Positions 18,477 through 27,777 of a stretch of 47,940 nt of DNA are shown piece after piece; within the stretch, counting starts at the first letter, position 1; each line of letters starts with the position of its first letter. The stretch comes from Hadesarchaea archaeon (GTDB taxonomy: Archaea; Hadarchaeota; Hadarchaeia; Hadarchaeales; WYZ-LMO6), in the NCBI GenBank assembly GCA_029259185.1, contig JAPDJF010000006.1, positions 1 through 47,940 of the forward strand, written 5' to 3'. The notes under the pieces were generated by a model. The model was not told where the DNA came from, searched no databases, and saw only the letters and a program-made list of their open reading frames with translations. The position numbers and the translations under genes are program-made.

Positions 18477-18513
18477 TTATAAATTGAACATCTAAATTGG
18501 ATAGGTCTTTAAA

Positions 18514-19869
18514 ATGCATCGAAAGAAAAACCCTAATTTACAGGCAATATTGCTTCTTGCATTTTTGGTTATTGCATCTCTCAGCGCAGCCGTTCCAGCA
18601 CATGCCAATAGCTCCATAGTTGACGATTATCCAGAGCTAGCCAACATAGTTGATTTTGTCGGAGAAGAGAATCTTTCCATTCTGCATCTACTCGCATTCA
18701 AGGCATGCAACATCTCAATGGAATCTTTATCGTTTAATGTAAACGAAAGCAGCATATTGGTACTAACCGATGCTGGCTACTGCATGATTGGGAGCTACAC
18801 AACCGAAAAATGCATAGATGTAATCCCCATAAAAACAGGCTGCTCAATAGGCAAAGGAAGTCTTATGATGATACATAGAGCTAAGGAAAGCAGCCTCTGG
18901 TTTGCTTTCTTCAAAAACTCAACTAACGAATGCGTATACTTAGAAGCGAATAGTACCCTGCTGAAAGAATATTTAGATCGAGAAAGCGAGAATCCCTCTG
19001 AAAAATACACAATTCACAAGGAATTTATGGAACTTCCAGCCGAAAAAATATTTGTCAAGAATGTTAAGGAGCAAATAGGTGCCGACAAACTGCTTAACAA
19101 TCCTGAAGATTGGCAAGCAAAAATGGAGAACAAGGTCTTCGGCGGAAACGAGTTTACCATAATAACGATTGCCAATGTTTGGGCGAAAGGTATGAGCTAC
19201 GATTTTATGCAAGCAGCGCAATTTCACAATCACATCTGCCCCGGACTAACCTCCGGATACATTATGATAAAATATCTAGATAAGCATTTGCCGCTTCAAA
19301 GCCCCAGCCAAGGGTATATAATACTCGCCGTTCCGCCTTGGTGTAAGGACGACGCTTTTCAGGCGATATTGGATACAACTGTTGGAAAACGAAAGATGAC
19401 AGTTATGATGCTTTCTAAGGAACAAAAAGATGCATTGCCAGAAGAAGCCAAAAATGTGGCGGGAATTTACATAAGATGGGATAAGAAAGCCGGAAACGGA
19501 ACTGCGCTCGTTCTTGCATTCGATTGGGATAAAGCTTCAAACATGTGTGGGATAGAGAGGTCATGGTTCAAGGACTTTAAATCATATAAATGGTGGTGGA
19601 CAAGGCTTAAGATGGACCTTTGGATGATGGACTATCTGGACAATCCTGAAATGCTAGTTTCAACGATTAAAGAAGTTACTATCGAGAGTCCGGACGAGCT
19701 AATGAAACTGAGATGTGCGGGAATAAATCCTCTAGCTGAGCTTGGAATAATGCCAAGCCAGCAAGCTGAAACGATTCCAACATGGGTTTACGTCGTAATA
19801 GGCATTCTTCTTATAGCAATAGTCTTAACCATAGCCGTATGCGCAGTTAGAGTAAGGAAGCAAACTTAG
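18514..19869 (+). CDS. Secreted, membrane-anchored FmdE-domain (putative metal-binding) protein
   Basis: Signal peptide (K-rich, hydrophobic core, AHA), VLTDAGY, FHNHICPGLTSG, PPWCKDDA, C-terminal TM helix with basic tail. Confidence 0.8.
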   Translation: MHRKKNPNLQAILLLAFLVIASLSAAVPAHANSSIVDDYPELANIVDFVGEENLSILHLLAFKACNISMESLSFNVNESSILVLTDAGYCMIGSYTTEKCIDVIPIKTGCSIGKGSLMMIHRAKESSLWFAFFKNSTNECVYLEANSTLLKEYLDRESENPSEKYTIHKEFMELPAEKIFVKNVKEQIGADKLLNNPEDWQAKMENKVFGGNEFTIITIANVWAKGMSYDFMQAAQFHNHICPGLTSGYIMIKYLDKHLPLQSPSQGYIILAVPPWCKDDAFQAILDTTVGKRKMTVMMLSKEQKDALPEEAKNVAGIYIRWDKKAGNGTALVLAFDWDKASNMCGIERSWFKDFKSYKWWWTRLKMDLWMMDYLDNPEMLVSTIKEVTIESPDELMKLRCAGINPLAELGIMPSQQAETIPTWVYVVIGILLIAIVLTIAVCAVRVRKQT

Positions 19870-19871
19870 CT

Positions 19872-20441
19872 CTAATCCCTCTTTTCTTTACGAATAAAGC
19901 TGATAAAAACTTCAGCTATGAGACTTCCTAAAACTCCAGATACGAACGCCACAATTAAGTATATAAGAAGATTCTCTTTAAGCGGCCACACATTAGTATG
20001 GAAGCCTATAGCAGTCCATGTAGTTATGACGCATACAAAATTTGCCAATCCTCCACCAATAGAAAAGCCGAGGAAATCACCTTTTAACCTGAAAAATACT
20101 TCAATAATCAAACCTACTATCAGAAAAGTTATGATGCCGTAAATTCCAAACCATGGGGGATCTACTATTCCGTACCAAGGAGAAATTGGTAAGCAAAAAG
20201 CTGGAATAAGAACTGAAGTGGCAACTGCTGAAAAATTCTTTTTCGTTATTAATGGTGCCAAGGAAATCCAGAGTGTAAATATGAAGCCTCCGAAGAAGAC
20301 CATCCCACCTGCGGGCCCTTTTATGCCCATATTGTTGAGAATTATTTTTATGGGAATAATTATGTTTATTGCGGCGCTTATCATTGCTAAAAGAAAGATA
20401 ACTGCAATATCTTTTAAGTTAAAGTAGGCTGCGCTCCTCAT
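19872..20441 (-). CDS. Integral membrane protein, possibly an ECF-type transporter substrate component
   Basis: 189 aa with about 6 hydrophobic segments; directly downstream of the radical SAM gene on the same strand. Confidence 0.6.
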   Translation of the reverse strand: MRSAAYFNLKDIAVIFLLAMISAAINIIIPIKIILNNMGIKGPAGGMVFFGGFIFTLWISLAPLITKKNFSAVATSVLIPAFCLPISPWYGIVDPPWFGIYGIITFLIVGLIIEVFFRLKGDFLGFSIGGGLANFVCVITTWTAIGFHTNVWPLKENLLIYLIVAFVSGVLGSLIAEVFISFIRKEKRD

Positions 20442-21299
20442 TTAGATCACACATCTACTGCAGACAGGGTGACTATTCATATTTCGAATAAATTCCTTAT
20501 ATTCTCGCGACTTTACCACTTCTTTTATACTTACTTTCAACGCATCAGCCAAGCAGCTGTCCGGCATGAAACAGCAAGGCGTTAGCATAGCGTCCCAGGT
20601 AACAAAAATGCAGTTTTTAGCTATTCTACAGGGATAAGAATGTTTCTTCGGTAGAATAAGCTTCATTCTATAATTTTTAGTCAAAGCATTAATTTTCTGA
20701 AAAAGTTGCTTTTCTCTGTGAGTACTCAACGGTTTAAATTCAGAGTTGTATAGATGGAAGATTCTGTGAACATTTATGGCCTCTACTCCTAACCGAGAAG
20801 ATTCCTCTATTATTTGTAGAATCTCACTTTCATTTCTTTCATAAATGGTTATGTCTAAGAAAATTTTCGGCTCTTTAAGCTTGAATTTTTGTTTTAAGGA
20901 TGAGACGAGCTTTACTTTATCTTTGATTTCCTTTAGCCTTTCAAGTTTATACACGCCAAACGCCAATTCGTTAAGTTTCAAATTTAACAAGATTTTAGCA
21001 CTTCCCTCGTTTAGCAAAGTTCCATTTGTTATAAGGCTTGTCTTTGCCCGCTTTTTTGAGGCATAGGTTATCATTTCGTAAATTTTATCATTTAGTAGAG
21101 GCTCACCCCACCCATGAAAAGCAACGTACAGCGGCCTGTTAACATCAATAATCCTCTGAAAATCTTCAACTTTCATGTCCCCCAGGGGCCTCTTAGAAAA
21201 TCTTCTTATGCATATTTCACAGTCAAGATTACAACGGTTAGTAGGTTCAACCTGCACTATCCACCTTCCACCAAACAATAAAGACACCCGAATAAACAA
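20442..21299 (-). CDS. Radical SAM protein with SPASM/twitch-like C-terminal domain
   Basis: EPTNRCNLDCEIC, HGWGEPLL, ITNGTLL, C...VTWDA..TPCC, C-terminal CSRC; start uncertain. Confidence 0.85.
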   Translation of the reverse strand: MFIRVSLLFGGRWIVQVEPTNRCNLDCEICIRRFSKRPLGDMKVEDFQRIIDVNRPLYVAFHGWGEPLLNDKIYEMITYASKKRAKTSLITNGTLLNEGSAKILLNLKLNELAFGVYKLERLKEIKDKVKLVSSLKQKFKLKEPKIFLDITIYERNESEILQIIEESSRLGVEAINVHRIFHLYNSEFKPLSTHREKQLFQKINALTKNYRMKLILPKKHSYPCRIAKNCIFVTWDAMLTPCCFMPDSCLADALKVSIKEVVKSREYKEFIRNMNSHPVCSRCVI

Positions 21300-21311
21300 A
21301 AAAAGAAAAGA

Positions 21312-21671
21312 TTAGGGGTGATTTCTGAAAATCCCGAGAATCCTCGTTAACATTCTTCCCTTGAAAGTCAGCAGAAGTAATGTTCCGATGGTTGCTGCTG
21401 AGGCTATATAGTTGACTAGCATAGCCAACGTAGCAAAAGTCGCGTTTGCAGCATTAGCAGCAATAGGTGCACACATCTTAGATCGTAAAATTGCATTCAG
21501 AAAGTATATAAGTGTTACGATTCCGGGTTCCGGGTTCTGGTAAATATTCGTGACTTGTTTTGAATGGTAAATTTCGAGACCTAAACCCATTGCATTTGAA
21601 GCCAAAAAAGCTACTGAAAAGGCACCAGGCGTGGGTAAAACAGCCACAGATATGGCTATCATAACAGCCAA
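21312..21671 (-). CDS. Hypothetical hydrophobic protein or gene fragment
   Basis: 119-aa Ala-rich hydrophobic ORF in the AT-rich islet, co-oriented with the radical SAM gene; no motif recognised. Confidence 0.3.
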   Translation of the reverse strand: MAVMIAISVAVLPTPGAFSVAFLASNAMGLGLEIYHSKQVTNIYQNPEPGIVTLIYFLNAILRSKMCAPIAANAANATFATLAMLVNYIASAATIGTLLLLTFKGRMLTRILGIFRNHP

Positions 21672-21803
21672 AGGAGTTACTTCTGTGCCTATTGATATTA
21701 TCGACAGATTAAATTCAATTTACATTGAGAGAACCAAAAACATTAATGAAGTGGGAAAATGATAAAAAGTAAGTTTTAACCTTGGGAAGAATACAACAGC
21801 TCT

Positions 21804-22964
21804 GTGGACGTGAAGAAGTTGGGGTTCTCCACGAGAGCTGTGCATGCTGGGGAGGAGCCATGTCCGACCACGGGTGCTCACGTCACCCCCATATATCAAA
21901 CCTCAACCTTTGTCCTCGCGGGTAAGATCCCACGTTATTTCTACACGAGACATGGGAATCCCACTCACGCGGTGCTCGAGGAAAAGATGAAAATCTTAGA
22001 GGGTGGAGGTTCCGCCCTCGCCACAGCCTCTGGAATGGCTGCCCTGTTGACGGTGATGTTGACCTCCCTTGAGAAAGGGGACAAAGTACTTTCTTCAGAG
22101 GCGATATATGGTGGTACTTACAATATGCTCAAATTTCTTTTACCCAAATTCGGGGTGGAGCCGATCTTCATAGACATGAGGGACCCAGCGAACGTTAAAA
22201 GAACATTAGATCAAGAGACCAAAGTCAGGATCGTCTTCTTCGAAACTCCGGCTAATCCAACCCTAGACATAATAGATATCGAGAAGATCTCTCGGGTAGC
22301 GAGGGATGCTGGGGCGGATGTAGTGGTAGACAACACATTGATGACTCCCTACTACCAACGTCCGCTAGAATTAGGGGCCGACATAGTGGTCTACAGTGCT
22401 ACCAAGTACCTGAGTGGCCATGGAGATACTTTGGGTGGGATTGTAGTGGGGAAAGAGGAATTCATAACGGAGGCGAGAAGGATATTGGCGGTCACTGGGA
22501 GTGTGATAAGTCCTTTCAACGCTTGGCTCATAATCCGAGGGCTCAAAACGCTTTCGGTGAGGATGGAAAAGCACAGCGAAAATGCTATGAAAGTGGCAAG
22601 ATTCTTGGACTCTCACCCCAAGGTCAGACGGGTGTTGTATCCTGGGTTGTCCACTCATCCCCAGTATAAGCTAGCCCGACAGCAGATGAGGGGATTTGGG
22701 GGAATGGTAGCGTTTGAGATAGATGGAGATACTGGGGATGTTTACGAAGTTTTAGAAGGGTTAAAACTTTGCAGGTGTGCCGTTAGTTTGGGGGATGTAT
22801 CTACTCTTATAGAGCATCCGGCTTCAATGACTCACAGGTCTATCCCGGAGGAGGAGAGGGTGAGAATCGGTATAACCGAAGGACTGATGAGGATTTCGGT
22901 GGGTATCGAGGATGCAGATGATGTGATAGCAGATCTTAACCAGGCACTAAGTCTTTTAAGTTGA
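21804..22964 (+). CDS. PLP-dependent trans-sulfuration enzyme (methionine gamma-lyase/cystathionine gamma-synthase family)
   Basis: TPIYQTSTF, YTRHGNPT, SGMAA, ETPANP, VDNT, SATKYLSGHGD (PLP Lys), AVSLG, HPASMTH. Confidence 0.92.
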   Translation: MDVKKLGFSTRAVHAGEEPCPTTGAHVTPIYQTSTFVLAGKIPRYFYTRHGNPTHAVLEEKMKILEGGGSALATASGMAALLTVMLTSLEKGDKVLSSEAIYGGTYNMLKFLLPKFGVEPIFIDMRDPANVKRTLDQETKVRIVFFETPANPTLDIIDIEKISRVARDAGADVVVDNTLMTPYYQRPLELGADIVVYSATKYLSGHGDTLGGIVVGKEEFITEARRILAVTGSVISPFNAWLIIRGLKTLSVRMEKHSENAMKVARFLDSHPKVRRVLYPGLSTHPQYKLARQQMRGFGGMVAFEIDGDTGDVYEVLEGLKLCRCAVSLGDVSTLIEHPASMTHRSIPEEERVRIGITEGLMRISVGIEDADDVIADLNQALSLLS

Positions 22965-22984
22965 GTCACGGAAAAAACGGAAAG

Positions 22985-24427
22985 ATGCCGGAGAGGGACT
23001 TTGATAGAGTTTTCAACCCCCGTGGGATCGCAGTAGTGGGTGCTTCCAATAACCCCTCCAAGTTCGGGTTCATCTTTTACTACGGATTGAAAAATTCCGG
23101 AGGAACGGTTTATCCCGTTAACCCAAAGGAAAAAGAAGTGTTAGGGGATAAGGCGTATCCGAGCGTGGATCGGATACCTTACGAAGTTGATTACGCCGTT
23201 ATTTCCATTCCAGCCAAAGGGGTTCCCAAGGTCGTGGAAGATTGTGGCAAGAAGGGTGTGAAAGCCGTCAGCATTTACACCGCAGGCTACAGCGAAGAAG
23301 GGACGGAAGAGGGTAAGAGAAGGGAAAAAGAATTGGCGGAGGTGGCGAAGAGGAGCAGAGTCAGGGTGATAGGTCCTAACTGTATTGGGATATACTGCCC
23401 AAAGGGAAAACTGTCTTTTTTCGCCGGGCTTCCTCTCCTCTCCGGGGACGTGGCTTTTCTTTCCCAGAGTGGAGGTCATGCTGAGGAGTTCGCATACAAG
23501 GCCGAGAATTGGGGAATACGGTTTAGCAAGATAGTGAGTTTTGGGAATTCATGTGATGTTACATGTGAGGAACTTTTAGAATATCTCGGGGAGGATCCGG
23601 AGACAAAAATCATCGGGATCTACATAGAAGGATCAAAGAATGGCAGGAAATTTTTCGAGACTCTCAAAGAAGTCGCGAAGAAAAAGCCAGTCGTGGTATG
23701 GAAAGGTGGTGAGACGGAGGCCGGTGTCAGAGCCGTGGCTTCCCACACAGGTTCGCTGGCGGGTTCTCCTCTAATCTGGTCCGCCATGATCAGACAGGCG
23801 GGAGCGGTGAAAGTCGAGGATTTTGAAGAGCTCGCCGACACGATATGTGCTTTTAAATACCTCCCGCTCCCGCGTGGGAGAAGAGTGGCGGTGGTAGGGG
23901 CGGGTGGGGGGGCGGGAGTGGCATCCACGGATGTGTGTGAAAAGAATGGTCTGAAGGTTGTCCCCCTTCGAGAGGAAACGAGGAAAAAATTGGGGGAGAT
24001 CGTCCCCCCGCTGGGAACGAGTGTAAAAAATCCGGTCGATCTCTCGTACTTCGTGTTGTTCGACTTTTCAATGATGAAAGATTGTGTAGAGATAGTGATG
24101 GAGGATCCAGATGTGGACATGGTAATCGTGCACGTAAGCCACTTTGACATGATGATGAAGGCTCTCCCAACCATGGAAGAGATTGTATTCAAGACACTTA
24201 TGGAGATCAAGGAGGTCGTAAAGAAATTTCCAGAAAAACCGATAGCGGTGGTTCTCTCCCCTGAATCAGATTTCGATTTGGAGATAGAAAAAGTTAAGCT
24301 GCGCGAACGATTGGTCAGAGAGGGATTATGTGTGTTTGCCTCCACTGTTCGGGCGGCCAGGGCTCTCTCTAATCTCGCTTTTTTGAGAGAGGCGCGTGAC
24401 AGGCGACGGTCAACTACCCCTCCCTAA
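22985..24427 (+). CDS. ADP-forming acyl-CoA synthetase alpha-subunit-like (CoA-binding) protein
   Basis: IAVVGASNNP, YPVNP, GPNCIG, SQSGG, ASHTGSLAG phospho-His loop, NPVD; no ATP-grasp domain. Confidence 0.88.
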   Translation: MPERDFDRVFNPRGIAVVGASNNPSKFGFIFYYGLKNSGGTVYPVNPKEKEVLGDKAYPSVDRIPYEVDYAVISIPAKGVPKVVEDCGKKGVKAVSIYTAGYSEEGTEEGKRREKELAEVAKRSRVRVIGPNCIGIYCPKGKLSFFAGLPLLSGDVAFLSQSGGHAEEFAYKAENWGIRFSKIVSFGNSCDVTCEELLEYLGEDPETKIIGIYIEGSKNGRKFFETLKEVAKKKPVVVWKGGETEAGVRAVASHTGSLAGSPLIWSAMIRQAGAVKVEDFEELADTICAFKYLPLPRGRRVAVVGAGGGAGVASTDVCEKNGLKVVPLREETRKKLGEIVPPLGTSVKNPVDLSYFVLFDFSMMKDCVEIVMEDPDVDMVIVHVSHFDMMMKALPTMEEIVFKTLMEIKEVVKKFPEKPIAVVLSPESDFDLEIEKVKLRERLVREGLCVFASTVRAARALSNLAFLREARDRRRSTTPP

Positions 24428-24442
24428 AGGAGGGGTCTTGCA
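24409..24442 (-). repeat. IS200/IS605-type end hairpin (REP-like), copy A
   Basis: Minus strand reads TGCAAGACCCCTCCTTTAGGGAGGGGTAGTTGAC; 8-bp stem ACCCCTCC/GGAGGGGT; supplies the stop codon of the upstream ACD gene. Confidence 0.65.
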
Positions 24443-24548
24443 GGTGAGCATGGCGCTCAAAACTCATCGCACTCAGACCGCATAAGGCCTGATCGAGATA
24501 TCCGGAGGGATTAAATTTCTTACTCACTTCATTCAAATCGGTGAAAGA

Positions 24549-24947
24549 ATGGCCAAAATGCCCAAAGAGGCCCTGGACATGCTTAACGATTTGGAGAGTT
24601 CCAAAGTCCTGGCAACCGTAGATAGGGAAGGAAGGGTGAACGCGGTACCCGTGGGATCTCTCATGGCCGCCGATGACGAGACCATCCTATTCGCCGAAAT
24701 CTTCCTACAAAAGACGAAGTCGAATCTTGAAACCACGGGGAAGGCGAGTGTACTCGTGTTCAAAGCTCTGGATGGATATCAGATTAAGGGAAAATTCTTG
24801 GGTTTTCAAACGTCTGGAGAACTTTTCGAGCAGACGGCAAAGCGTGTCAAGGAGCTGTTGGGGCTGGAAATAAAGAGTGTTGGAACGATAAGAGTTGAGG
24901 AGGTTTACTCGGTAGGTCCACCCGAGCCTGGTAAAAGACTCGTTTGA
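24549..24947 (+). CDS. Pyridoxamine 5'-phosphate oxidase-like flavin-binding split-barrel protein
   Basis: KVLATVDREGRVNAVPVGS, KTKSNL, GYQIKG, VEEVYS..P..PGK. Confidence 0.85.
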   Translation: MAKMPKEALDMLNDLESSKVLATVDREGRVNAVPVGSLMAADDETILFAEIFLQKTKSNLETTGKASVLVFKALDGYQIKGKFLGFQTSGELFEQTAKRVKELLGLEIKSVGTIRVEEVYSVGPPEPGKRLV

Positions 24948-24960
24948 ACACGATACATCT

Positions 24961-24991
24961 TGCAAGCCCATCCGTTATGGCGGGGTAGTTG
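24961..24991 (+). repeat. IS200/IS605-type end (REP-like), degenerate copy B, inverted relative to copy A
   Basis: TGCAAGCCCATCCGTTATGGCGGGGTAGTTG shares TGCAAG and GGGGTAGTTG with copy A. Confidence 0.55.
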
Positions 24992-25023
24992 GGAGCAACG
25001 AACCGAGAGAAAACCAGCAGGAG

Positions 25024-26475
25024 TCAACTTAGAGGAGGTTTGCCCGGGTTCATTATGTTGTTTGGATCTATGAGCTTCTTCACGGCTATCCACAGCTCCC
25101 CATACTTTCCGAGTTCGGAAGCGTCCACAACTCCAGGAAACGGTCTGAACCATCCGTAGATACCGGTTCTCAAGAGGGCCTTCATTATTTCTCTGTGGAG
25201 TTTTTTCATCTTTCGTACTTGCTCTGGATCCCCAGCGTCCCAGAGGATACACGGATCGTTATAAGAGAGCTGGCCGTGAAACGGAGCTACTGGAACCGCT
25301 TCATAGTGAAACTCATCGAATCCGTATTTGAAGCTAAGTTTCCTGCATACCCTATAGTAGGTTGGAGCAAGCTTCATTACTCCATAGAATGAGCAACCGT
25401 ACAGATTTCCTTTTTTCCATCCTCTGACACTCGTCCTTTCCCATATTTCGTCTTTTATCATTTCCTCTTCGCTCTCCGGGGGGAGGGGAAGGATCGTCCC
25501 CCCACTCTCCGCCACGATTTTTCTCATGATTTCCTCATCCTTTTCCGCTCTTTCCCTCTCCCCAGCCACATACAGCCACATGGTTAGGAAGTCCTCACTT
25601 CCCATCGCCTCTGCCAATTGTACGGATACGCTCTCTAAGTGAGATCCCTTGGTTAGCGTTCTCAGAGAAGAGGGGGTAAACGTCATCGTCCAACATGCCT
25701 CCACCACGTCTTTGATCGTTAGTTCGATGGCGGGTTTGACCATAGATTCATAGTTCGGATAGGCCACCATAAACGGTTTCATTACCTCTGGCATCGGGTA
25801 GAGCCTTATCGTGCCCTTGGTTAGCACGCCGAATGTGCCCGGGTTAGCTTGGAAGAGCTTACATAAGTCAGGTCCATTCACGATGTTGCAATAGGGTTTC
25901 GGATTCGTAGTTGGGGTATTGAGGGAGCCGGTTTGAAGGAGGTCCCCGTTAGGGAGCACAACCTCTATGGAGATCAGGTGGTCTGTCCCGTACCTCGTAG
26001 CTGGCCCATAGATCCCTCTCAGCATGTAATTGGCGAGCACTGATGCCGTTGAGGGGGCCCAAGGGGTTATGACCCTCAATCCCGTTTTCCTAACTTCATT
26101 CACGAGTTGTCCAAAGCTCACAGCCGGCTCTATCGTGGCTGTCATCATCTCCTCGTTTATTTCCAAGATGCGGTTCATTCTTCGAAGGTCTAGCATTATC
26201 CCACCCTTGGAAGGAATGCACAGCCCCTTTCTGTTAATTCCAGAGGCCAGGGGCACAACTGGCACTCGATATTTGTTGGCCAGTCTGAGGATGGCTTGAA
26301 TTTCTTCTTTCGTTGAGGGTCTGACTACCACATCGGGTCTGTGGGGAGGGATTAGGAAGAATTGGTCATCTCTTTCGTACGCCACTAGGTCAGACACATC
26401 CGAGGATACGTGTTCCTGACCGACTATATCGATTAATAGCTTCTCGATGCGCCGCATTTTCCCCTTTCTTTTCAT
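25024..26475 (-). CDS. FAD-binding oxidoreductase (GlcD/D-2-hydroxyacid dehydrogenase-like fold)
   Basis: PDVVVRP, GGIMLDLRRMNRILEIN, EVVLPNG, GPDL, GTFGVLTK, DPNNIMNPGK. Confidence 0.88.
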   Translation of the reverse strand: MKRKGKMRRIEKLLIDIVGQEHVSSDVSDLVAYERDDQFFLIPPHRPDVVVRPSTKEEIQAILRLANKYRVPVVPLASGINRKGLCIPSKGGIMLDLRRMNRILEINEEMMTATIEPAVSFGQLVNEVRKTGLRVITPWAPSTASVLANYMLRGIYGPATRYGTDHLISIEVVLPNGDLLQTGSLNTPTTNPKPYCNIVNGPDLCKLFQANPGTFGVLTKGTIRLYPMPEVMKPFMVAYPNYESMVKPAIELTIKDVVEACWTMTFTPSSLRTLTKGSHLESVSVQLAEAMGSEDFLTMWLYVAGERERAEKDEEIMRKIVAESGGTILPLPPESEEEMIKDEIWERTSVRGWKKGNLYGCSFYGVMKLAPTYYRVCRKLSFKYGFDEFHYEAVPVAPFHGQLSYNDPCILWDAGDPEQVRKMKKLHREIMKALLRTGIYGWFRPFPGVVDASELGKYGELWIAVKKLIDPNNIMNPGKPPLS

Positions 26476-27644
26476 GTCAATCTCTCCGAGAGTAGCTCGC
26501 TCAAGTCACGCACTTCCATTCCTTTCTTAACTTTTTTTTCGGCGTCTTCTAGATTTCTCTTGCAAAATGGACATGTTGAAGCGAGGATGTTAGCCCCCGT
26601 TTTCTCGGCTTCTTCGAGACGTTGGGTTGCCGACCAGATGGCGAAGTCCGGGAGAGCGGCTTTCACACCACTTCCCGCCCCACAACACCAAGCATTCTCT
26701 TTTGTGCGTTTCATCTCCACGAAATATCGTCCAAATATTTCCCTTAGAACTTGGCGCGGGGGGTCATAAAGGCCGGTTCCTCTACCGAGGTGACATGGAT
26801 CGTGATAAGTGACTTTTATCCCCTCCTCTCTCCGCGGCCGAAGTTTCTTCTCCTTGATGAGGTTCCAAAAATATTCGCTCGTGTGTAGGACTTCAAAGTC
26901 AAGTGTCCTTCCCAAGAGTTTAGGATAATCCTTTTTGAAGGTTTTGTAGCAGCCGGCACACGAAAATATCACTTTCTCAGCCCCCGCGTCCTTTAGCGCT
27001 CTTAGATTGTGCTTGGCCAGATCCCTGGCGAGTTTCCTCTGTCCTGTTCGTAGGAGGGGGGATCCGCAGCACCACTCCTCACCATCCATGATCCCGAACT
27101 CTACTCCAGAAGCGGAAAGGATCTCGACGGTGGCTCTAGCTATTTCTTGGGTTCGGTATGAAGAGGTGCAACCTACGAAATACACGATCTTCCCACCTTT
27201 CGGAATTCGAGAGTTGAGCCATGAGGTTCTCTTTTCATGTTTTTCCCAGTAGGGATTGTGGTTTCTCTGTATGCTCCTCGCGTAATCCGCTTGTTTGGGT
27301 AGAGGTCCGTACCCCTCCTCAACGAGCTTTGTCTTAAGCTCTTCAAAAAACTCGACGTGATCTATGTTCAACCCCGTCAGATCTTTGCACTGACTATGGC
27401 AAGCTCCACACCCCAAGTCACCAAATATTATTTGGAGCATGCGAGAGGAGGGCTTCTTTATCTTACCTTGGATGAACGCTCTTCCTATTTCTATCTTCCC
27501 AGCGGCTGAGAATGATTCGAACCCAAAGTAGGCGTAGGTAGGGCAGATGGAAACCCATTCATCGAGTTCGTGCCAGTTTCCCACATTACAGAGATGACAG
27601 TGAAAACAGTGGTAGAGTTCTTTTAAATAATCTTTCAGCTTCAT
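26472..27644 (-). CDS. Fe-S oxidoreductase with CCG domains (HdrD/GlpC/GlcF-like)
   Basis: CFHCHLC...CP, YFVGC, EWCCG, SCAGC, YHDPCHLGR, WCCGAG, TCPFC; overlaps the FAD oxidoreductase start. Confidence 0.9.
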   Translation of the reverse strand: MKLKDYLKELYHCFHCHLCNVGNWHELDEWVSICPTYAYFGFESFSAAGKIEIGRAFIQGKIKKPSSRMLQIIFGDLGCGACHSQCKDLTGLNIDHVEFFEELKTKLVEEGYGPLPKQADYARSIQRNHNPYWEKHEKRTSWLNSRIPKGGKIVYFVGCTSSYRTQEIARATVEILSASGVEFGIMDGEEWCCGSPLLRTGQRKLARDLAKHNLRALKDAGAEKVIFSCAGCYKTFKKDYPKLLGRTLDFEVLHTSEYFWNLIKEKKLRPRREEGIKVTYHDPCHLGRGTGLYDPPRQVLREIFGRYFVEMKRTKENAWCCGAGSGVKAALPDFAIWSATQRLEEAEKTGANILASTCPFCKRNLEDAEKKVKKGMEVRDLSELLSERLT

Positions 27645-27777
27645 CCACCCATTTCCAACCCTCGACTAAAAAATTTTACTCAAAGGGAGCAAAACTTCAC
27701 GAAGAGGAAAACAGAGGCTAGAATTTAGACAGTAGGACATCCATCGGGTACAATTGATCCTTCTCGTTCCCGAGCTC

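Noticed and set aside
17754-19869. Formylmethanofuran dehydrogenase operon
   Set aside because: Only FmdE-family domains are present; no catalytic A/B/C/D subunits.
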